Positions 10,914 through 20,134 of a DNA stretch of 33,217 bases are shown in pieces. Under the pieces are notes generated by a model. It was not told where the DNA came from. It did no database searches and was given only the letters and a program-made list of their open reading frames with translations. The first letter of the stretch is position 1. Each line of letters starts with the position of its first letter. The position numbers and the translations under genes were made by a program. The stretch comes from an uncultured Mesocricetibacter sp. (GTDB taxonomy: Bacteria > Pseudomonadota > Gammaproteobacteria > Enterobacterales > Pasteurellaceae): positions 1 to 33,217 of the forward strand of contig CAJPST010000001.1 of assembly GCA_905373425.1 (NCBI GenBank), written 5' to 3'.

Positions 10914-11303
10914 AATACTGTCCTTCTTTAAGTATAAAATAAGGTTTATTGTAATAGATTTTATCGAGAAGTGCCAAAAGTGCGGTGAAAATTTACGGTG
11001 TTTTATAATGTGGGAGGATTAGTTCGAATTGGTTATCAATCCGATGGGCAACACTACTGAAAATTTTATTGGTTAATATTCCTCTTTAAAGAAAATCAGA
11101 AAAGCAAGATATGATGCAGTAGTCTGTTACAAATTAAGTGATAAAAATAGAGCAAAATTAAGTAATATGCTTATAATGTTAGAGTAGATATGTTAAGTGT
11201 CGAATTTGTTGTTACATCCTAGAGCAGAGTAAGATTGAATTCAGTCGCTTTAAGTATCTATGTGTGAAATACATAAATTTTGGTTTTGTGTGGAGTAAAA
11301 ACA

Positions 11304-12317
11304 ATGAAAACGGAAATCACCATCTCTCCCGTTACCGTAATCGGTGCCGGTTCTTACGGTACTTCTTTAGCAATTGCTTTTTCACGTAACGGTTCGCCTA
11401 CTTATCTTTGGGGGCATGATCCCATTCACTGCGAACGCTTGCAGCAGGAGCGACAAAATCGTCAGTATCTGCCCGATATCCCGTTTCCCGAGACATTGTA
11501 TGTTGAAGCTGATTTAGGCAAGGCAATCGCCCAATCGCGCGATATTTTGATCGTCGTGCCGAGTCATGTTTTTGCCGATGTTATCCGACAAATCAAACCT
11601 TACCTCCATTCTGATAATCGCATTGTATGGGCAACCAAAGGCTTGGAACGCGATTCGGGGCGCTTGTTGCAGGATGTCATTAAAGAGGAGTTGGGCGAGA
11701 AATATCCGCTTGCAGTGTTATCCGGCCCGACCTTTGCAAAAGAGCTGGCGATAGGAATGCCAACTGCAATTGCGTTGGCTTCTCATGACGAAGAGTTCGC
11801 CTTGGAATTCCAGGAGCGTATTCATTACAGTAAAAATTTCCGTGTGTATATTAACCACGATATGATTGGTGTCCAACTTGGCGGAGCGATTAAAAACGTG
11901 ATTGCGATTAGTGCGGGAATGTCCGACGGGATGGGGTTCGGTGCCAATGCCAGAACTGCTTTAATCACGCGAGGATTGGCGGAAATTAGCCGGTTAGGAG
12001 TTTCTTTGGGAGCGAATCCGAACACTTTTATGGGGATGTCCGGGCTGGGTGATTTAGTATTGACCTGCACCGATAACCAATCGCGTAACCGCCGTTTTGG
12101 CATGATGCTGGGGCAGGGTTTTTCTGCTCAAACCGCGTTGGATAATATCGGACAGGTTGTAGAGGGTTTTTACAACACACGAGAGGCGCATTTATTGGCG
12201 CAGCGTCAAGGCGTGGAAATGCCGATTACCGAACAAATTTATCAGGTCTTATTCCATGGTAAAGATGCTAAAGAAGCGGCAATCAGCCTACTTGGACGTG
12301 AACGAAAAGGTGAATAA
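11304..12317 (+). CDS. gpsA: NAD(P)H-dependent glycerol-3-phosphate dehydrogenase GpsA
   Basis: ATG 11304 is preceded by TGGAGT. The ORF contains [12 protein letters not shown] and [16 protein letters not shown]. Length is 337 aa, with cysE directly downstream (gpsA-cysE synteny as in E. coli). Confidence 0.94.
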   Translation: MKTEITISPVTVIGAGSYGTSLAIAFSRNGSPTYLWGHDPIHCERLQQERQNRQYLPDIPFPETLYVEADLGKAIAQSRDILIVVPSHVFADVIRQIKPYLHSDNRIVWATKGLERDSGRLLQDVIKEELGEKYPLAVLSGPTFAKELAIGMPTAIALASHDEEFALEFQERIHYSKNFRVYINHDMIGVQLGGAIKNVIAISAGMSDGMGFGANARTALITRGLAEISRLGVSLGANPNTFMGMSGLGDLVLTCTDNQSRNRRFGMMLGQGFSAQTALDNIGQVVEGFYNTREAHLLAQRQGVEMPITEQIYQVLFHGKDAKEAAISLLGRERKGE

Positions 12318-12330
12318 AAAGGAAAACTAT

Positions 12331-13128
12331 ATGTCCGTTGAGGTTTGGAAACTCATTCGTGACGAAGCGAAAGAGTTGGTAGATAACGAGCCTATGCTCG
12401 CCAGCTTTTTCCATTCGACCATTTTAAAACATAAAAATTTAGGCGGGGCATTGAGTTATATTTTAGCGAATAAACTTGCCACCGCCACAATGCCGGCGAT
12501 TACGCTGCGTGAAATCATTGAGGATGCTTACCAAGCCAAACCGAGTATTATCGAAAGTGCTGCGTGCGACATTCGTGCCGTGCGCCAGCGTGATCCGGCA
12601 GTAGAACTTTATTCAACACCGCTTTTATATTTAAAAGGTTGTCACGCTCTGCAAAGCTATCGTGTTACTCATTATCTATGGCATGAAGGACGTAAGGGCT
12701 TGGCAATTTATCTGCAAAATCAGATTTCTGTGGCTTTTGATGTGGATATTCATCCGGCGGCGAAAATCGGTTGTGGCATTATGTTCGACCATGCTACGGG
12801 AATTGTGGTGGGTGAAACCTCCGTTATTGAAAACGATGTATCCATTTTACAAGGTGTCACCCTTGGTGGAACGGGCAAAGAATGTGGTGATCGCCATCCG
12901 AAAATTCGCGAAGGCGTAATGATTGGCGCCGGCGCCAAAGTGCTGGGCAATATTGAAGTAGGAAAATACGCTAAGATCGGAGCTAACTCCGTGGTGCTGC
13001 AACCCGTTCCCGAATATGCAACCGTGGCCGGCGTGCCGGCAAGAATTATCAGCAAAGATAAAGACGCTAAACCTGCTTTTGATATGAACCAGTATTTTAT
13101 TGATGATGCTGCGGCATTGAATATTTAG
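12331..13128 (+). CDS. cysE: Serine O-acetyltransferase CysE
   Basis: ATG 12331 is preceded by AAAAAGGA. The N-terminal SATase helical domain (EPMLASFFHSTILKH) and hexapeptide repeats (GIVVGETSVIENDVSILQGVTLGGTGK) are present. Length is 265 aa. Confidence 0.94.
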   Translation: MSVEVWKLIRDEAKELVDNEPMLASFFHSTILKHKNLGGALSYILANKLATATMPAITLREIIEDAYQAKPSIIESAACDIRAVRQRDPAVELYSTPLLYLKGCHALQSYRVTHYLWHEGRKGLAIYLQNQISVAFDVDIHPAAKIGCGIMFDHATGIVVGETSVIENDVSILQGVTLGGTGKECGDRHPKIREGVMIGAGAKVLGNIEVGKYAKIGANSVVLQPVPEYATVAGVPARIISKDKDAKPAFDMNQYFIDDAAALNI

Positions 13129-13168
13129 CAAATTTAACCAAAAGTGCGGTCGAAAAAATTTGCGTTTT
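13128..13168 (+). terminator. Weak hairpin with a USS in the loop (candidate cysE terminator)
   Basis: GCAAATTT (13128..13135) and AAATTTGC (13156..13163) form an 8-bp AT-rich stem around a USS, followed by GTTTT. The predicted stability is low. Confidence 0.3.
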
Positions 13169-13226
13169 GCGACTGTGTTTTGCCGCTATGTTTTTCAATG
13201 TTTCTAAATTTACAGGAATAAGCAAA

Positions 13227-14042
13227 ATGATTAATAAAGACACTCAACTCTGTATCTCCTTATCAGGCAGACCGGGCAATTTCGGCACTCGTTTTCATAA
13301 CTATTTATATGAAAAACTGGGTTTGAATTTTATTTATAAGGCGTTTACAACCAGTGACATTGAACACGCCGTAAAAGGTGCGCGGGCGTTGGGAATCCGA
13401 GGTTGTGCGGTGTCTATGCCGTTTAAAGAAAGCTGTATTCCGTTTTTAGATGAAATTTCTCCATCCGCACAAGCAATTGAATCGGTTAATACCATTGTGA
13501 ATAACAACGGCCATCTCAAAGCTTACAATACCGATTATATTGCGATTGTGAAATTAATTGAGAAATATCAATTGGATAAAAACTCTTCAGTGCTTGTTCA
13601 AGGTAGTGGCGGCATGGCGAAAGCAGTGGTAGCGGCGTTTAAAAATTCAGGATTTGAGAACGTCAAAATCGTTGCCCGTAATCCGAAAACCGGACGTTAT
13701 TTAGCCGATTTGTATGGCTATCAATACCTTGCCGAATTAACCGAACAAGTGGCGGATATTTTAGTTAACGTTACGCCAATAGGGATGGCTGGCGGTGAGG
13801 AAGAATTTGATTTGGCGTTTCCGTGTGCCATGATCGAACGGGCAAGTGTTGCTTTTGATGTGGTCGCGTTACCGGCTGAAACGCCTTTTATCCGTTATGC
13901 CAAAGAACAACACAAATTGACGATTTCAGGAGCAGAAGTGATTGTTTTGCAGGCGGTAGAGCAGTTTGAGCTTTATACCGGGCTGCGTCCTAGCGAAGAA
14001 CTGATTGCCGAAGCGGCGGCATTTGCGCGTTCAAACGGTTAA
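13227..14042 (+). CDS. sdhL: Shikimate dehydrogenase-like protein (AroE paralog, SDH-L type)
   Basis: ATG 13227. The N-terminus MINKDTQLCISLSGRPGNFGTRFHNYLYEKLGLNFIYKAF and NTDYIAIVKLIEK match my recollection of H. influenzae HI0607 (SDH-L). It is distinct from the canonical aroE at 26217..27026. Confidence 0.85.
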   Translation: MINKDTQLCISLSGRPGNFGTRFHNYLYEKLGLNFIYKAFTTSDIEHAVKGARALGIRGCAVSMPFKESCIPFLDEISPSAQAIESVNTIVNNNGHLKAYNTDYIAIVKLIEKYQLDKNSSVLVQGSGGMAKAVVAAFKNSGFENVKIVARNPKTGRYLADLYGYQYLAELTEQVADILVNVTPIGMAGGEEEFDLAFPCAMIERASVAFDVVALPAETPFIRYAKEQHKLTISGAEVIVLQAVEQFELYTGLRPSEELIAEAAAFARSNG

Positions 14043-14062
14043 AAAAGAGCGGTGCTTTTTTT
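14042..14062. terminator. Short A/T-rich hairpin between convergent sdhL and crcB
   Basis: AAAAAGAGC (14042..14050) and GCTTTTTTT (14054..14062) form a 9-bp stem with one G-U pair and a 3-nt loop. It is flanked by an A-run and a T-run. Confidence 0.35.
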
Positions 14063-14084
14063 AGCCGTTTTATATTAGCCGATT

Positions 14085-14468
14085 TTATCTTAATCCTTTG
14101 CTGCAATAGATTCCCAGCCATGTAAAAACAAGGCTTCCGATAAGGTGCAGAACAATAACAATCCAGCCGTTTGTCCATTGTCGGTTCAAGAAGTTTTCGA
14201 TTACTTCAGCGGAGAAGGCTGAAAAGGTGGTAAAACTGCCAAGGAAGCCGGTGATGAAAAATAGTCTCCATTCCGACGGAAATTGTGGGAATTGCCAGAT
14301 TAATGCGGTTAAGATGCCGATAAGAAAACAACCGAGCCAGTTGACAATTAAGGTGCCGAAAGACAGGGTGGCAAGCAATGGATTAAGCCATAATCCCATA
14401 CCCCAGCGCAAGATTGCACCGAGTGCTGCTCCGCCACCCACCAGTGTAGCCGATTGCCAGACTGACAT
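14085..14468 (-). CDS. crcB: Fluoride ion channel CrcB/FluC
   Basis: 127-aa, four-TM protein with GGGAALGAILRW, GTLIVNWLGCFLIG and GFLGSFTTFSAFS, typical of CrcB. Confidence 0.92.
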   Translation of the reverse strand: MSVWQSATLVGGGAALGAILRWGMGLWLNPLLATLSFGTLIVNWLGCFLIGILTALIWQFPQFPSEWRLFFITGFLGSFTTFSAFSAEVIENFLNRQWTNGWIVIVLHLIGSLVFTWLGIYCSKGLR

Positions 14469-15287
14469 TTACCAGATTCCAAAAATGGCGCGTAAATAAC
14501 TTGCCACGGCTTCGTCTTTGTTCAAACCGATTTGCTCAAAATCCGGTAATGCGGCTTTCAGACGCGGATCAGCGTTACCCATTACGCAACCTTTGCCGAC
14601 TTCTGTTAGCATTTCGATGTCATTCATACCATCACCGAAAGCGATACAATGGGCTAAATCGTAGTCACGTTCTTCAATCAAATGGGCAAGTGCAGCGGCT
14701 TTTGATACGTTTTTATTCATCACTTCCAGACATTGAGGAGTGGAATAAGTGATGGATGTGAAATTACCGAAACGATCACGTAATTCGCGTTCTACTTCTA
14801 CTAAATCTTTCGGATCGCGGGCGATAAAAAACACTTTCTCGGTGTCACGACCGTAGTGTTGTTTAAAGTCAACCACTTCATACATAAAACCCGAATCTTT
14901 GTGATATTTACGCATTTGTGGCACATCAATATTAATAAACCAGTCATTGTGCTGATAAGTGTTGAGGCAAACGCGCGAGTGATCGAATTCTATATTCATT
15001 ATTTCAAATGCAATATCTTCAGGCAGATAATTGCTATACAGCAAATTACCCTGCAAATCGTGAATTTGTGCTCCGTTAGAGGTGATCATTGCCGCTTTTT
15101 CAATCTGCATTTTGTTTAAAATTGATGATACGTCGGTATAGCCGCGTCCTGTTGCCAGCACGATATCGATGCCTCTTTGCGCCAGTTTTTCCAGCGTAGA
15201 TATAGTAAAATCACCGACTACATGATGGGCGTTGAGTAGTGTGCCGTCCATATCGGATACCACGGCGCGAAACGGAAGTGTTTGCAT
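14469..15287 (-). CDS. Cof-type HAD-IIB phosphatase (YigL-like sugar/pyridoxal-phosphate phosphatase)
   Basis: 272-aa ORF with the HAD motifs VVSDMDGTLL (motif I), ITSNG and GDGMNDIEML (motif IV). The overall pattern is like E. coli YigL. Its stop codon abuts the crcB ATG. Confidence 0.85.
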   Translation of the reverse strand: MQTLPFRAVVSDMDGTLLNAHHVVGDFTISTLEKLAQRGIDIVLATGRGYTDVSSILNKMQIEKAAMITSNGAQIHDLQGNLLYSNYLPEDIAFEIMNIEFDHSRVCLNTYQHNDWFINIDVPQMRKYHKDSGFMYEVVDFKQHYGRDTEKVFFIARDPKDLVEVERELRDRFGNFTSITYSTPQCLEVMNKNVSKAAALAHLIEERDYDLAHCIAFGDGMNDIEMLTEVGKGCVMGNADPRLKAALPDFEQIGLNKDEAVASYLRAIFGIW

Positions 15288-15431
15288 TGAAAATCCCCGA
15301 TTGAAAAATTGTTACCTATGATAGCAAAATAATCAAAAAAATGACCGCACTTTTCATAACAAAAGATGCCATCGGATAAAAAGATCGTTATAATAAAGCC
15401 TTTTCGAATTTATTTGAAGGCAGGTAGCAAC

Positions 15432-17084
15432 ATGAACGGGGCGAGATTAGTTACGGAATGTTTGAAAGCGCATGGTGTAGATAGGGTATTCGGGTATCCC
15501 GGTGGTGCAATAATGCCGGTATATGATGCGTTGTATGATTGCGATATTGAACATTTGTTGTGTCGTAACGAACAGGGTGCAGCAATGGCGGCGATTGGTT
15601 ATGCGCGGGCAAGTGGTAAGACCGGTGTATGTATCGCCACATCAGGCCCGGGAGCGACTAATCTGGTGACCGGATTAGGTGATGCGCAGATGGACTCCAT
15701 CCCTATCGTGGCGATTACCGGGCAGGTTGCAGCGCCATTGATTGGCACCGATGCTTTTCAGGAAGCGGATGTATTAGGGCTTTCCCTTGCCTGCACCAAA
15801 CACAGTTTTATCGTGCAACATGTTGATGAATTGCCGGAAATCTTTGCACAAGCCTTTTTTATTGCCCAAGACGGTCGTCCCGGCCCTGTGCTGATTGATA
15901 TTCCGAAAGACGTGCAGTTCGCCGAAACCGATTTGTTACCAATCGTAAAAACAAGCGAAAAACCGACCGCACTTTCCACTGAAAAATTACAACAAGCGTT
16001 GGAGTTGCTGAAAAATGCCAAACGCCCGGTGCTTTATATCGGCGGAGGCGTAGGCATGGCGAAGGCAGTTCCCGCTCTGCGCGAGTTTATCAACGTCACT
16101 CAAATTCCGAGTGTTTCCACATTGAAGGGCTTGGGTGCTATTCCGTCTGATAACCCGTATTATATGGGAATGATCGGTATGCATGGCACTAAAGCCGCGA
16201 ATTACGCCACCCAAGAAGCGGATTTACTGTTGGTGTTCGGTGCACGGTTTGATGACCGCGTTACCGGTAAGCTCGACACTTTCGCCAGCAACGCCAAAGT
16301 GATTCATGCCGATGTTGATCCCGCCGAAATCAATAAATTACGCAAAGCGGATATCGCTCTGCCGGGGGATTTAATTCAGGTGATCCAAGCCTTGACCGTT
16401 GAACTTGAGATCGCACCTTGGCGTGCCGATGTTAAACGCTTGAAACTGGATTTCGATTTTAGTTATGCGGAAAATGGCGGAGATGACAATATTAATCCAT
16501 TGTGGTTGTTGAACCGTTTATCGCATCTGAAACCGGATAATGCCGTAGTTGTGACCGATGTAGGGCAACACCAAATGTGGTCGGCACAGCACATGAGCCA
16601 TTGCGCGCCTGAAAACTATATTACTTCCGCCGGTTTTGGTTCTATGGGATTCGGTTTGCCCGCGGCAATAGGTGCGAAAAAAGCGCGTCCGCAAGATGAA
16701 GTGATTTTAATTTCCGGCGATGGTTCGATTATGATGAACATTCAGGAACTAGGCACCATTAGACGCGGTAAAGCCCCGATCAAAATTGTGTTGATGGATA
16801 ACCAGCGTCTCGGCATGGTACGCCAGTGGCAATCGCTGTTTTTCCATGGTCGTCACAGCTCGACGATTTTGGATGACAACCCTGATTTTGTTACGTTAGC
16901 TTCCGCTTTCGGGATTAAAGGTGAACGTATCGAGCAGGGGCATGAAGTCAATGGCGCACTGGATCGTTTACTGGCAAGTGAAGAGGCCTATCTGTTACAC
17001 GTTTGTATTCATGAGGACGAAAACGTGTGGCCTTTAGTGCCGCCGGGCGCGTGCAACGTGGATATGTTGGAAAGTATGGAGTAA
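15432..17084 (+). CDS. ilvG: Acetolactate synthase II large subunit IlvG
   Basis: ATG 15432 (MNGARLV...). The ORF is near-colinear with E. coli IlvG: [30 protein letters not shown], the ThDP motif [14 protein letters not shown] and [10 protein letters not shown]. Length is 550 aa. Confidence 0.95.
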   Translation: MNGARLVTECLKAHGVDRVFGYPGGAIMPVYDALYDCDIEHLLCRNEQGAAMAAIGYARASGKTGVCIATSGPGATNLVTGLGDAQMDSIPIVAITGQVAAPLIGTDAFQEADVLGLSLACTKHSFIVQHVDELPEIFAQAFFIAQDGRPGPVLIDIPKDVQFAETDLLPIVKTSEKPTALSTEKLQQALELLKNAKRPVLYIGGGVGMAKAVPALREFINVTQIPSVSTLKGLGAIPSDNPYYMGMIGMHGTKAANYATQEADLLLVFGARFDDRVTGKLDTFASNAKVIHADVDPAEINKLRKADIALPGDLIQVIQALTVELEIAPWRADVKRLKLDFDFSYAENGGDDNINPLWLLNRLSHLKPDNAVVVTDVGQHQMWSAQHMSHCAPENYITSAGFGSMGFGLPAAIGAKKARPQDEVILISGDGSIMMNIQELGTIRRGKAPIKIVLMDNQRLGMVRQWQSLFFHGRHSSTILDDNPDFVTLASAFGIKGERIEQGHEVNGALDRLLASEEAYLLHVCIHEDENVWPLVPPGACNVDMLESME

Positions 17085-17088
17085 TCAC

Positions 17089-17304
17089 ATGGAACACCAA
17101 ATCGAACTCACCGCCCAACACCGCCCCGAAGTGTTGGAACGCATTCTCCGCGTCATCCGCCACCGTGGCTTCACCGTGACTCAAATGGATATGCAACTGA
17201 TTAACGACAAAGTGCGGTTGAAATTCACCGTAAAATCTGACCGCACATTGGCTTTGTTGGTCAGTCAGTTGGAAAAAATTTATGATGTGGTGGAGATTAA
17301 ATAA
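17089..17304 (+). CDS. ilvM: Acetolactate synthase II small (regulatory) subunit IlvM
   Basis: 71-aa ORF starting 4 nt after ilvG. PEVLERILRVIRHRGF resembles E. coli IlvM PETLERVLRVVRHRGF. Confidence 0.88.
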   Translation: MEHQIELTAQHRPEVLERILRVIRHRGFTVTQMDMQLINDKVRLKFTVKSDRTLALLVSQLEKIYDVVEIK

Positions 17305-17936
17305 TGAAAAAAATTATCTTCCTCTTTATTTCTGTTTTCTTCGTTTCTGGATGTACAACCAATAAAGAAGAAATATCTAAAAAAACAGAGGTGATCCAAG
17401 CCTTTTTTATTGCAAACAATAATATTTATGCCATAGGAGATTTAAATAGCTATCAATTCTCTTCTTCTAAATCTGAAGATGTGCAGCATTTCATTAATTT
17501 TTTGAATTCTAAAGATATGAAAGCCTTTAAGGAAGCACATATAGATCGAATTGAAAAAAATAGCGAAGATAACAAAATTAAAGCATTTATATCTATTGAA
17601 CTTGATAGCAAAAAATTGACTGAAAAAGAAAGACAAAGTTTATTTAATAAACCTGATGTTTATAAATCTTCTCAAGGAAATCCTGATTTATTTTTTGGAA
17701 TAAGTCATGGTGAGCTTGTAAAGCTTCAAAATAAAGATGAGATCTTGATGAAAGGAAAACTCTCTAAACCATTAAAAACAAATTTTATTGAATATAAAAA
17801 ATCAACAAAATTTGATTATGAAGGAACCAGAGAGGGCGTTTCAATGGCTGTTGTTTGGGGCGGCGTTGCTATTCTTATGATTCCATTAGCAATTATTACA
17901 TTACCATTTCAAGCAATAGATCCCTTATCTAACTAA
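17304..17936 (+). CDS. Hypothetical lipoprotein with a C-terminal hydrophobic segment, in AT-rich inserted DNA
   Basis: 210-aa ORF. The signal peptide carries a lipobox (FFVSG-C). The body is Lys/Glu/Asn-rich and the C-terminal stretch VSMAVVWGGVAILMIPLAIITLPF is hydrophobic. The ATG overlaps the ilvM stop (TAATG), and a GGAG lies 7 nt upstream inside ilvM. My hand counts of three 60-nt samples give 25-33% G+C. Single 60-nt samples of ilvM and ilvD give 62% and 57%. Confidence 0.7.
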   Translation: MKKIIFLFISVFFVSGCTTNKEEISKKTEVIQAFFIANNNIYAIGDLNSYQFSSSKSEDVQHFINFLNSKDMKAFKEAHIDRIEKNSEDNKIKAFISIELDSKKLTEKERQSLFNKPDVYKSSQGNPDLFFGISHGELVKLQNKDEILMKGKLSKPLKTNFIEYKKSTKFDYEGTREGVSMAVVWGGVAILMIPLAIITLPFQAIDPLSN

Positions 17937-17984
17937 TTGTATTTATAAACTTAATTTTATTGAATAATTTCTCAGTGTTATCTT

Positions 17985-18160
17985 CTGCCAAATCTTCCCT
18001 AGCCCCTCTTTACTAAAGAGGGGAATACATTGGAAGATTTTAATATGGTCTCGCAAATTTAATATTGAAATATCAATAAAATGAGACATAAATGAGCCAA
18101 ATAAAATTAATGGCTAAAGCCCCCCTCTTTAGCAAAGAGGGGCTAGGGGAGATTTGACAG
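17985..18160. mobile_element. MITE-like / REP-like element: 39-bp terminal inverted repeats around a 98-bp AT-rich core
   Basis: The left arm is 17985..18023 (CTGCCAAATCTTCCCTAGCCCCTCTTTACTAAAGAGGGG). Its reverse complement matches the right arm 18122..18160 at 36/39 positions. Each arm contains its own 9-bp hairpin (CCCCTCTTT-N3-AAAGAGGGG). TCTT flanks both ends (17981..17984 and 18161..18164). There is no coding capacity. Confidence 0.6.
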
Positions 18161-18183
18161 TCTTAGTTAACGAAGAAATTAAT
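18154..18183 (+). promoter_or_regulatory. Candidate sigma70 promoter for ilvD with its -35 inside the right inverted repeat
   Basis: A consensus TTGACA lies at 18154..18159. ATTAAT at 18178..18183 follows after an 18-bp spacer (4/6 match to TATAAT). It is about 50 nt upstream of the ilvD ATG. This is motif inspection only. Confidence 0.25.
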
Positions 18184-18230
18184 CATACACAAAAAACCTT
18201 AACGAAAATTTACTTGGAGAATATATAACA

Positions 18231-20066
18231 ATGCCAAAACTACGCTCAGCGACATCTACCCAAGGTCGTAATATGGCGGGTGCACGTGCGTTATGGCGTG
18301 CAACCGGAATGAAAGAGGGCGATTTCGGTAAACCGATTATCGCCGTAGTGAACTCGTTTACTCAGTTTGTGCCGGGACATGTGCATCTGAAAGATATGGG
18401 ACAACTGGTTGCCGCCGAAATTGAAAAAGCGGGCGGGGTTGCCAAGGAGTTCAATACCATTGCAGTGGACGACGGGATTGCGATGGGACATAATGGAATG
18501 CTGTATTCTTTGCCAAGCCGTGATTTGATTGCGGACAGCGTGGAATATATGGTAAATGCTCATTGTGCTGATGCGATGGTGTGTATTTCCAACTGCGATA
18601 AAATCACTCCGGGAATGTTAATGGCAGCAATGCGTTTAAACATTCCGGCAATATTTGTATCGGGTGGGCCGATGGAAGCAGGGAAAACCAAACTTTCCGA
18701 GCAAATCATTAAACTGGATTTAGTGGATGCGATGATGCACAGTGCAGATAAGAACGTATCGGATGAGCATGTTGATGCGATTGAGAAAAACGCCTGTCCT
18801 ACTTGCGGTTCCTGTTCCGGTATGTACACCGCCAACTCGATGAACTGTTTAACCGAAGCGCTCGGATTAAGTCTGCCCGGCAACGGAACTTGTGTGGCAA
18901 CTCATGCCGATCGCAAATTCCTATTTGAGGAAGCCGGCCGTCAAATCGTCGCTATTACCAAACGTTTTTATGAGCAGGATGATTATTCTGTGCTGCCACG
19001 TTCTATTGCGACCTTCGATGCTTTTGAAAACGCCATGAGTTTGGATGTGGCAATGGGCGGCTCTACCAACACTGTATTGCATTTATTGGCCGTTGCGCAA
19101 GAAGCGGAAGTGGATTTCACCATGGCAGACATCGACCGTATTTCCCGTAAAGTGCCTTGCCTTGCTAAGGTTGCGCCGAATACGCCGAAATATCATATTG
19201 AGGACGTCCATCGTGCCGGCGGTATTATGGCATTGCTCGGCGAACTGAATCGTGCCGGCTTGCTACATGATAATACTAACACAGTACTGGGTATGACTTT
19301 GGCGGAACAAATTGCCAAATACGATATTACCACGAGCCAAGATGAATCGATCCGCAAATTTTACCGTGCCGGACCGGCGGGGATTCGCACCACAAAAGCC
19401 TTCTCACAGGATTGTCGTTGGGAAACCCTTGACGTTGATCGTGAAAATGGTTGTATTCGTAATAAAGCGCATGCTTACAGTCAAGACGGTGGCTTAGCGA
19501 TGTTGACGGGGAATATCGCGCTTGACGGCTGTATCGTTAAGACTGCGGGCGTGGACGAGTCCATTCTGAAATTTACCGGTGATGCCATTGTATTTGAAAG
19601 CCAGGAAGATGCAGTAAACGGTATTTTAGGCGGTAAAGTGCGTGCGGGGCATGTGGTTGTGATTCGTTACGAAGGGCCTAAAGGCGGGCCGGGAATGCAG
19701 GAAATGTTGTATCCGACCACCTATTTGAAATCCATCGGTTTAGGTAAACAATGCGCTTTATTGACCGATGGGCGCTTTTCCGGTGGCACTTCAGGTTTGT
19801 CTATTGGGCACTGTTCACCGGAAGCGGCATCGGGCGGAACCATCGGTTTGGTGCGCGATGGCGATAAAATTGCAATCGATATTCCGAGTCGTTCCATTCA
19901 ATTATTGGTATCCGATGAAGAACTAGCTGCTCGTCGTGCCGAACAGGACGCTAAAGGTTGGAAGCCTGCAAACCGTCAGCGTGAAGTTTCCTTTGCGTTG
20001 AAACTGTACGGTCATTTTGCTACCTCAGCTGACAAAGGCGCGGTACGCGATAAGACTAAGCTGTAG
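18231..20066 (+). CDS. ilvD: Dihydroxy-acid dehydratase IlvD
   Basis: 611-aa ORF with [26 protein letters not shown], the Fe-S Cys motifs [12 protein letters not shown] and [17 protein letters not shown], and [14 protein letters not shown]. Confidence 0.97.
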   Translation: MPKLRSATSTQGRNMAGARALWRATGMKEGDFGKPIIAVVNSFTQFVPGHVHLKDMGQLVAAEIEKAGGVAKEFNTIAVDDGIAMGHNGMLYSLPSRDLIADSVEYMVNAHCADAMVCISNCDKITPGMLMAAMRLNIPAIFVSGGPMEAGKTKLSEQIIKLDLVDAMMHSADKNVSDEHVDAIEKNACPTCGSCSGMYTANSMNCLTEALGLSLPGNGTCVATHADRKFLFEEAGRQIVAITKRFYEQDDYSVLPRSIATFDAFENAMSLDVAMGGSTNTVLHLLAVAQEAEVDFTMADIDRISRKVPCLAKVAPNTPKYHIEDVHRAGGIMALLGELNRAGLLHDNTNTVLGMTLAEQIAKYDITTSQDESIRKFYRAGPAGIRTTKAFSQDCRWETLDVDRENGCIRNKAHAYSQDGGLAMLTGNIALDGCIVKTAGVDESILKFTGDAIVFESQEDAVNGILGGKVRAGHVVVIRYEGPKGGPGMQEMLYPTTYLKSIGLGKQCALLTDGRFSGGTSGLSIGHCSPEAASGGTIGLVRDGDKIAIDIPSRSIQLLVSDEELAARRAEQDAKGWKPANRQREVSFALKLYGHFATSADKGAVRDKTKL

Positions 20067-20134
20067 ACTAAACCGAAGACGAGAAGATTAAAAGTGCGGT
20101 CGGTTTTTAAGATGTTTTTTAATGAGAAGAAAAA

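Noticed and set aside
11022-11030. tRNA-like T-loop sequence GTTCGAATT in the hldD-gpsA spacer.
   Set aside because: The flanking sequence cannot form a T-stem, acceptor stem or anticodon arm. It is an isolated motif.
14469-15365. Fluoride riboswitch controlling crcB.
   Set aside because: crcB has no leader because it abuts the upstream phosphatase gene. The 78-nt region upstream of that gene is AT-rich and lacks the conserved G/C-rich core. This cannot be excluded formally without an Infernal scan.
15366-15431. Possible ilv leader peptide or attenuator upstream of ilvG (the ORF track extends ilvG by 22 codons, including KKIVIIK).
   Set aside because: The stretch is in frame with ilvG and has no stop codon, so it is not a separate leader ORF. 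It is not markedly Ile/Leu/Val-rich, and no terminator or antiterminator hairpins follow it. IlvG homology begins at MNGARLV (15432).
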